Source of the DNA: Candidatus Palauibacter denitrificans
Lineage (GTDB): Bacteria > Gemmatimonadota > Gemmatimonadetes > Palauibacterales > Palauibacteraceae
DNA length: 59,656 nucleotides
Reading direction: 5' to 3'
Assembly: GCA_009841015.1 (NCBI GenBank)
Contig: VXMQ01000089.1
Location: 1-59,656 of the forward strand
Shown in pieces: positions 54,301 through 59,656 of the stretch. Within the stretch, counting starts at the first letter, position 1. Every line of letters begins with the position of its first letter. The notes beneath the pieces were generated by a model. The model was not told where the DNA came from. It did no database searches and worked only from the letters and a program-made list of their open reading frames with translations. The translations under genes were made by a program, and so were the position numbers.

Positions 54301-55170
54301 CGTCGTCCCGCCCATGTCGAAGGAGAGGACGTCGCCCAGTTCCAGGTTGCGCGCGAGGTGGCTGGCGAGGATGGCGCCGCCGGCCGGTCCGGACTCCACC
54401 AGGCGGACGGGCGCGGCGACCGCCGTCTCCAGCGTCGTGAGGCCCCCGCCCGAGGTCATGAGGAGGAAGGGACAGGCGAGTCCCGACTCCCGCAGCGAAT
54501 CCGAGAGCCCCGTCAGGTAGCGGGCCATGAGCGGCTGGACATAGGCGTTCGCGCACGCCGTCGACTGCCGCTCGTACTCCCGCACCTCCGGACACACGTC
54601 CGAGGCCAGCGTCACCGGAAGGCCCGGCCTCCACGCGTCGAGGATCTCCCCGATCCGCCGCTCGTGGGCCGGGTTCGCGTACCCGTGAATGAGCCCGACC
54701 GCGACGGACTCCACCTCCTCCGCCTCGAGCGTCGGGAGGAGCGCCCGCACCGAATCCTCATCGAGCGGGATGAGGACGCGGCCGCGGTGGTCGACCCGCT
54801 CCTCCACCGGAAGCCGAAGCCGGCGGGGGACGAGCGGGGCAGGGCGGTCGACCCCGATGTCGTACTGCTCGAAGCGGTTCTCGTGCGCCATCTCCAGCGC
54901 GTCGCGGTGCCCGGAGGTGACGATCAGCGCCGTGCGCGCGCCCCGCCGCTCGATGACCGCGTTCGTGGCCAGCGTCGTGCCGTGGATGACGAGACGGACG
55001 GCGGAGGGCGGGACGTCCGCCAGTCCCAGCACCTTGTGCACGCCCTCGAGGACGCCCCGCTCGGGCGCGGCGGCGGTCGTGAGCACTTTCGTCGTAACGA
55101 GGCGCCCGCCGGCCTCCAGCGCCACGTCCGTGAAGGTGCCGCCGATGTCGATGGCGAGCCGGGCGCCCAT
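51346..55170 (-). CDS. Fused hydantoinase A/B (5-oxoprolinase-like) protein
   Basis: DIGGTFTD, HGTTLATN, ESGPAGG, DMGGTT, RYVGQ; B-part TAFS, NDPW..TGHLND, HIADVGG, TPGGGG.GDP. Confidence 0.92.
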   Translation of the reverse strand: MGARLAIDIGGTFTDVALEAGGRLVTTKVLTTAAAPERGVLEGVHKVLGLADVPPSAVRLVIHGTTLATNAVIERRGARTALIVTSGHRDALEMAHENRFEQYDIGVDRPAPLVPRRLRLPVEERVDHRGRVLIPLDEDSVRALLPTLEAEEVESVAVGLIHGYANPAHERRIGEILDAWRPGLPVTLASDVCPEVREYERQSTACANAYVQPLMARYLTGLSDSLRESGLACPFLLMTSGGGLTTLETAVAAPVRLVESGPAGGAILASHLARNLELGDVLSFDMGGTTAKLCVIDGGRPLHSRTFEVARSYRFKQGSGLPVRIPVIEMVEIGAGGGSIAGVDDLERIQVGPGSAGSEPGPAAYGRGGDEPTVTDADVVLGRIDPESFAGGSISLDRGRAEAAIESRVGRGLGLDATFAALGISEMVDENMSNAARTHAIEWGKGVAGRTLIAFGGSAPIHAARLADKLEVDRFLIPADAGVGSAVGFLLAPISYEVVRSRYMRLSGFDPAVVREVFDEMRAEAEAVVSRGAPGAPTSEKARAYMRYVGQGHEIGVDLPGDVEDAAALRNAFDRGYEAVYGRTIPGLDIEVLSWTLVVSAPATEPTDVPAGTSSGGRAAARKPEPERRTELWDGPGGESATATVYTRGTLAEGTRVEGPALIAEDQTTTVVPDGWDARAVAGGHLLVERKASERRAAEGAAAEGAAGTADAVGVAATGAQTGIAALEGQIMWSRLLSVVEEQARTLVRTAFSTPVREAGDLSAGVFDLSGRMLAQAVTGTPGHVNAMAASVGFFLRDFPVDTLHEDDVLITNDPWEGTGHLNDFTVVTPTFLDGRPVALFAATSHIADVGGRGFGADANQVFEEGIRLPIGYLIRGGRVDETLMRLVRANVRDPDVAQGDLYSLAACNRTGSERLVAMMMEFGIDSLEPLAETIISASRRAMRERIGALRPGTYRNRMRIDGYDEDLDLVCALTVLPDGTITIDWDGTSPMSSRGINVPVTYTRAYSSFGVRCIVGSEVPNNAGSLAAIEVAAPPGSLLNAPPPAAVSARHAIGQMLPDVVLGCLEQALEPGAVPAEGASCLWNPVIMAGPGLTGAHPYGGEAFVVNPFHAGGTGARPGKDGLSATAFPSGVRSTPIEITETVAPLIFWRKEYLPDSGGPGEFRGGLGQVMEISHADGEAFAVSKMFERVRNPARGRDGGGDGAAGRVHVPGVGEFRPKGREVVPPDRRIVLETPGGGGLGDPARRPTDRVREDILDGYISADRATGYGRSSR
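53330..53349. repeat. Perfect 20-bp palindrome inside the hydantoinase CDS
   Basis: GACGTTCCCGCGGGAACGTC, read as DVPAGTS in a low-complexity loop. Confidence 0.95.
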
Positions 55171-55958
55171 CACCCGTCTTCGCGCAGCGGAACCGTGTAG
55201 TTCAACGCCAGGCGCCCGCCGTCCGGGTAGATGGTCTCGCCCGTGAGGTACGAGGCGTAGTCGCTCGCGAGGAAGACGGCCACGGTCCCGATCTCGGCGG
55301 GGTCCCCGAACCGTCCCAGCGGCGTGCGGGAGAGGATCGTGCGCCGCGCCTCCTCGTCGGCGATCACCGAGTCGAGGATGTCGGTGACGATCGTTCCCGG
55401 CCCGATCGCGTTGACCCGGATGTCATGCGGCGCGAGCGCGAGCGCCATCACCTTCGTGAGCTGCATGACCCCGCCCTTGGAGGCCGCGTAGGCGAGCTGG
55501 TTCGGAATCGTCACCACCGCGTTCGTCGACGACATGTGGATGATCGACCCCTTCACCCCGCGCGCGACCATGTCCCGCGCCACGAGACGGGAGACGAGGA
55601 AGGTCCCGCGCAGGTTCACGCCCAGCACCCGGTCGAAGTCCTCGACTTCGGCGTCCAGAATCGAGCCCGCCGCGATGATCCCCGCGTTGTTGAGCAGGAT
55701 GTCGCAGCGGCCGAAGCGTTCCGTGCAGGCGTCGAGCAGGGCCGCGCAGTCGCTCTCCTCGCTCACGTCGGTGCGCACCGCGAGCGTCTCCCGCCCCGTC
55801 TCCTCCGCGATGCGCCGGGCCGTGTCCGAGCAACGCTCCTCCAGGACGTCCCCCAGCACGACATCCGCCCCGTGACGGGCGAAGGCGAGCGCGCACGCGG
55901 CGCCGATCCCCTTCGCGGCCCCCGTGACGATGGCCGTCTTCCCCTCAAGTGTGATCAC
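55170..55958 (-). CDS. SDR family oxidoreductase
   Basis: TGAAKGIG, NNAG, YAASK, VNAIGPG; GTG start at 55958. Confidence 0.92.
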   Translation of the reverse strand: MITLEGKTAIVTGAAKGIGAACALAFARHGADVVLGDVLEERCSDTARRIAEETGRETLAVRTDVSEESDCAALLDACTERFGRCDILLNNAGIIAAGSILDAEVEDFDRVLGVNLRGTFLVSRLVARDMVARGVKGSIIHMSSTNAVVTIPNQLAYAASKGGVMQLTKVMALALAPHDIRVNAIGPGTIVTDILDSVIADEEARRTILSRTPLGRFGDPAEIGTVAVFLASDYASYLTGETIYPDGGRLALNYTVPLREDG

Positions 55959-56226
55959 GCTGAGCCCTTCCTGGTTCGGTTGACGTGCCCCTGTCGCGCC
56001 TCCTCGATGCGGCGCTTCCCACGCTCCGCTGCACGGTGATGATCCCGCGTTGATCGTCGGAGCGAAGCTGGGGAGGTCGGAGCGGCGGTCCCTATCGTAT
56101 CGACGAAAGCGGCGTGTGGCATGCAACAGCGGAATCTCACCGAGGCTCGATTACGAAGTCTACCTCTCGTGTCTCGACTCTCGACATGGTATTGTCATGA
56201 AATATGCCAGAAACACGGAGTATACC

Positions 56227-56538
56227 ATGAAGAAAGAGAACCGGAACTCGCCGGCCGATGCTTCGCCGGATCCCGTGCGGGAGTCCGTGCCCGATACGGA
56301 ACGCGTGACGATCGACGAAGCCGGTCGGCTGGTGGTCCCCGCCCGCTTCCGCCGCGCACTGGACATTCGGGGCCGGCAGCAACTGATCATGGCCCTGGAG
56401 GGCGACACGATCCGACTGCGCACCCCCAGCGCCGCACTCGCGCGGCTGCAGGCCATCGCGCGCCGGCACTGGAAGGGCTCCGGGAGCGTCGTCGATGAAT
56501 TCATCCTGGAACGGCGAGCCGAAGCCGCTCGTGAATGA
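56227..56538 (+). CDS. AbrB/MazE/SpoVT antitoxin
   Basis: VTIDEAGRLVVPARFRRALDI, SVVDEFILERRAEA; upstream inverted repeat CATGGTAT...ATACCATG. Confidence 0.85.
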   Translation: MKKENRNSPADASPDPVRESVPDTERVTIDEAGRLVVPARFRRALDIRGRQQLIMALEGDTIRLRTPSAALARLQAIARRHWKGSGSVVDEFILERRAEAARE

Positions 56539-56929
56539 AGCGTTCGAGACCGTGCTTGACGCCTCGGCCGTCCTGGCGGCGCTGCTAAACGAACGGGGGG
56601 CGGTTCGCGTCGAACGCGCGCTCAAGCGAGGAGCCGCCATGTCGTCGGTGAACGTGGCAGAGGTCGCGGCGCGTCTCTCGCAAGACGGCTGGTCCTCGGG
56701 GGACGTGTCGAGCGTCGTCGAGGGATTGGGGATCGAAGTCATCCCCTTCGACCGCCAGACCGCCCTGCTCAGCGGCGCTTATCGCCCGCGAACACGGCGT
56801 CACGGCCTCGGACTGGGGGGCCGCGCATGCCTTGCCACCGCAAGCAGACTCGGTCTCCCGGCCCTCACCGCCGACCGGAGCTGGGCCGCCCTCAACATCG
56901 ACGGCGTGAAGGTCGTGCAGATCCGGTGA
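56531..56929 (+). CDS. VapC/PIN toxin (one acidic active-site residue appears substituted)
   Basis: VLDASAVLA, SSVNVAEV, LGLGGRACLA (usually LSLGDRACLA), LTADR. Confidence 0.87.
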   Translation: MNEAFETVLDASAVLAALLNERGAVRVERALKRGAAMSSVNVAEVAARLSQDGWSSGDVSSVVEGLGIEVIPFDRQTALLSGAYRPRTRRHGLGLGGRACLATASRLGLPALTADRSWAALNIDGVKVVQIR

Positions 56930-57019
56930 AGGCCAGCTTGTGGTCACGATGTGGTCTTGAAATTGGGGAGTGTGATGCCGCATACTGAGTCCGTGAAGCG
57001 CAGCCGGGAGCGATCCGCC

Positions 57020-57280
57020 ATGGAACTCGCAATACGTGAGGCGAAGGCCCGCCTCTCCGAACTCGTCGCCGCCGCCCGCAGCGGCGAGCGCGTGATCATT
57101 ACGAAACACGGTCGCCCCGCGGTCGAACTCGTTCGCTGCGACCACGGCGGCGGGATCGATTTCGAGAAACTGGAGGCAGCCCGCCGTCGGCTCGGCATGG
57201 AAGGGGATCGCGAGCCGTGGCCCTCGGAATACGACGATCCGGCATTCAGCCGCCGGGTGCTGGGTCTCGATATCGAGTAG
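57020..57280 (+). CDS. Phd/YefM antitoxin
   Basis: IREAKARLSELV..A..GERVIITKHGRP. Confidence 0.9.
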   Translation: MELAIREAKARLSELVAAARSGERVIITKHGRPAVELVRCDHGGGIDFEKLEAARRRLGMEGDREPWPSEYDDPAFSRRVLGLDIE

Positions 57281-57290
57281 TCGGCCGACG

Positions 57291-57698
57291 ATGCGCGTAC
57301 TCCTCGATACGTCCTATCTCTACAACTTCATGGAAGCGCCGGGAAGATTCCATGAGTCCGAGCGACGGTTTCTCGCCGCCCGCGATGCCCGCATCCACGT
57401 GAGCGCGGTGTCCATCTGGGAAATGCGGCTCAAGCACCGTGCCCGTCGCGCGTCGGGCGCCCGCAAGAGTCCCTTCGCACCGCAGGACGTGCTCGCGCTG
57501 CTGGAAGATCAGGACGTGACGTTCCTGCCCATGACCATCCTCGATGCCGCGGAGGAGCTTGAGCCGCCCCTCGATCACAGGGATCCGTTCGACGAACTGC
57601 TCCTGGTCCAGGCGCAACGGCAGGGCCTGATGCTGCTCACGACCGACCGACGTCTCGCCGACCATCCGCTCGCTGTGACTGCCGAGGGGCTCGGCTAA
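57291..57698 (+). CDS. VapC/PIN toxin
   Basis: MRVLLDT, VSAVSIWEM, HRDPFD, LLTTD. Confidence 0.9.
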   Translation: MRVLLDTSYLYNFMEAPGRFHESERRFLAARDARIHVSAVSIWEMRLKHRARRASGARKSPFAPQDVLALLEDQDVTFLPMTILDAAEELEPPLDHRDPFDELLLVQAQRQGLMLLTTDRRLADHPLAVTAEGLG

Positions 57699-57727
57699 GA
57701 CCCCTTCCTCAGCGCCCCGCTTCCGCG

Positions 57728-57745
57728 CGTTCCCGCGGGAACGTC
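57728..57745. repeat. Palindrome copy
   Basis: CGTTCCCGCGGGAACGTC followed by a partial extra half site (cgggaacg). Confidence 0.9.
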
Positions 57746-57779
57746 TCGGGAACGCGGGGCATCGCAGGGAGACGGGTCA

Positions 57780-59656
57780 TTAGGGGACCAGGGCGTTTGG
57801 CTGCCGCTCCTTCACGTGACGACTCATCCAGTCGAACATCTCCCACACGGTGTGCAGGACCGATTCCCGGGCCCGGTAGCCGTGGCTTTCGTGGGGCAGC
57901 ATCACCAGGCGGACGGTGCCTCCCAGGCCCTTCACGGCGTGGTACATGCGCTCGGACTGGACGGGGAAGGTCCCGGAGTTGTTGTCGATGACGCCGTGGG
58001 TCAGGAGCAGCGGTTCGTTGATCTTCTCCGCGTGCATGAAGGCGGACATGCGGAAGTAGACCTCGGGCGCCTCCCAGAAGGTGCGGCGCTCGTACTGGAA
58101 GCCGAAGGGCGTGAGGCTCCGGTTGAAGGCGCCGCTGCGCGCGATGCCGGCGGCGAAATCGTCGGAGTGCGCCAGCATGTTGGCGGTCATGAAGGCTCCG
58201 TAGCTGTGGCCGGCGATCCCGACCCGGTCACGGTCGGCCACGCCCATCTCGACGAGCTTGTCCACCGCGGCCTTGCCGTTGGCCACGAGTTGCTCCACGT
58301 AGGTGTCGTTCGCAGCGAAGCCGCCGACGATCGGCATCGCGGCGTCGTTGAGCACCGCGAACCCCTGGGTGAGCAGCAGGAGATGCGAGGCGCCGGAGAT
58401 GGTCGTGAAGCGGTGGGCCGAGCCCCTGACCTGACCGGCGCCGTCCTCGTCGGCGAACTCGCGCGGGTAGGCCCATACCAGGACCGGGAGCCTCTGGCCG
58501 GGCTCGTAGTCGGCGGGCAGGTACAGCTCGCCCGATAGCGGGATGCCGTCGTCGCGCTCGTAGTAGATCTTGCTCTTGGTGATCCCCGCGAGCTGGGGCT
58601 GGGGGTCGGGGACGGACGTGAGGGCCGTGCGCTCGTCGTTTGCCGTCGTGACGAGGTGGTAGTTCGGCGGCTCCTCGCTCGTCTCGCGCCGGATGACGAT
58701 CCGGCCGGCGCGTGCGTCCGCCAGACCGACCACGGTCTCGTAGCTGTCTGCGCCCGAATGGAAGAGTCGCTGCCGCCCGTCGTCCGTCAGATCCAGCCGG
58801 TCCAGGAATGGCCGGTCTCCTTCCGGAGATCCTCCCGGACCCGCCAGAAAGATGCTCGTGCCGTCCATGTGGACGACCCGCTTGCCGGCCCCGTCCTGCT
58901 TCATGACCGGGTCGCCCGGATTGCCGTACCAGTCGTCCGTGCTCCGGTCCCAGAGGAGCGCGGGCCGGGCGCCGGGAGTGGAAGCCTGCACGGCCCAGGC
59001 GCGGGACCGCCGTGTCGGCCAGTCGAATTCGTAGACGAGGGCGGTCTCGCCGTCCTCGCCCCACAGGACCGGATAGCCGAAGCCGAAGGCGCCCGAGCCC
59101 AGGCGGTGCTCGGTGCGGACGAGTTCGGTGCCCTCTCCGTCGAAGGGCGCCGCGAGGGTCAGCACCCGGTCGCGGTGGGGCACGTCGAGCGCGGGGTTGC
59201 CGCCGTCGAGGGCTTCCACGTAGGCCAGGGTGGCGGGCACGCCGGGGCGCCAGGAGAACTGGCGGAGACCGGCCCGGCGAAAGCCCAGGTGCTCGGGGCC
59301 GCCCTCGTCCAGGGGGAGTGTGGCGAGCGTGCGCAGGGGCGCGCCGTCGCTGCCGAGGACTTCCACCTCCCCGGGGAAACGGGAGTCGGGAACGAGATAC
59401 GAGTAGGGGCGAACCGTGCGGACGGACAGGTAGTAGTCGCCGCTGGGTGAAGGGTCGAGGGATTCGTAGACCGCCGGGGCGCCGATGGCCTGTGCGGCTC
59501 CGGTGGCGGCGTCGACGAGGGCCGGCTGCGACGTGAGGTAGTAGTCGAAGAGCGCCTCGTCGTGGGCGTCTTCCAGCAGGTCCTGGAAGGTCCAGGAGGG
59601 GGCGGCCTCTCCGCCGGATTCCTGCGTGATGGGGCCGACGGGGATCGCCGCCGGGG
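57780..59656 (-). CDS. S9 family (prolyl oligopeptidase/glutamyl peptidase-like) serine peptidase, 5' end beyond the window
   Basis: GHSYGAFM nucleophile, DNNSGT, HESHGY; frame stays open upstream of the ORF-track start (RPYSYLVP...). Confidence 0.92.
   Translation of the reverse strand, partial: PAAIPVGPITQESGGEAAPSWTFQDLLEDAHDEALFDYYLTSQPALVDAATGAAQAIGAPAVYESLDPSPSGDYYLSVRTVRPYSYLVPDSRFPGEVEVLGSDGAPLRTLATLPLDEGGPEHLGFRRAGLRQFSWRPGVPATLAYVEALDGGNPALDVPHRDRVLTLAAPFDGEGTELVRTEHRLGSGAFGFGYPVLWGEDGETALVYEFDWPTRRSRAWAVQASTPGARPALLWDRSTDDWYGNPGDPVMKQDGAGKRVVHMDGTSIFLAGPGGSPEGDRPFLDRLDLTDDGRQRLFHSGADSYETVVGLADARAGRIVIRRETSEEPPNYHLVTTANDERTALTSVPDPQPQLAGITKSKIYYERDDGIPLSGELYLPADYEPGQRLPVLVWAYPREFADEDGAGQVRGSAHRFTTISGASHLLLLTQGFAVLNDAAMPIVGGFAANDTYVEQLVANGKAAVDKLVEMGVADRDRVGIAGHSYGAFMTANMLAHSDDFAAGIARSGAFNRSLTPFGFQYERRTFWEAPEVYFRMSAFMHAEKINEPLLLTHGVIDNNSGTFPVQSERMYHAVKGLGGTVRLVMLPHESHGYRARESVLHTVWEMFDWMSRHVKERQPNALVP

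Noticed and set aside
51346-55170. Hydantoinase A-B fusion as a novelty
   Set aside because: Fused HyuA-HyuB/5-oxoprolinase architecture is well known.
59340-59420. Apparent truncation or frameshift of the S9 peptidase at the ORF-track start
   Set aside because: Manual translation shows the frame is open upstream; the gene simply starts outside the window.

Overview
High-GC bacterial chromosomal segment. Gene content (expanded 6-bladed beta-propeller proteins, an LRR/Ig/leishmanolysin lipoprotein, many toxin-antitoxin modules) suggests a Gemmatimonadota-like host-associated, possibly sponge-symbiont, genome; that assignment is inference only. The housekeeping backbone is tig, tRNA-Leu, degP, dnaK, nupC, purine nucleoside phosphorylase, a Psp-like operon, trpS, purA, ffh-rpsP-rimM-trmD-rplS-rnhB and tRNA-Lys. 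A ~15 kb mosaic island (~7.5-22.4 kb) interrupts it. The island holds four beta-propeller paralogs, an AraC-like regulator, a Cys-rich peptide ORF, a 5'-truncated katG, an HU/IHF gene, an IS1595 element, a 5'-truncated large surface protein and a P4-like tyrosine integrase. The most notable unexplained structures are: (i) a palindrome GACGTTCCCGCGGGAACGTC (parS-like 16-bp core) present five times, four of them just 3' of TA modules or a small accessory gene; (ii) two tandem cassette-like units at 28.1-29.1 kb, each made of an ~85-bp leader repeat, cargo gene(s) and that palindrome; (iii) two similar att-like AT-rich ends that each truncate a gene; (iv) diverged duplicates of gene 3' ends that mark recombination junctions. 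No CRISPR array or rRNA was seen.
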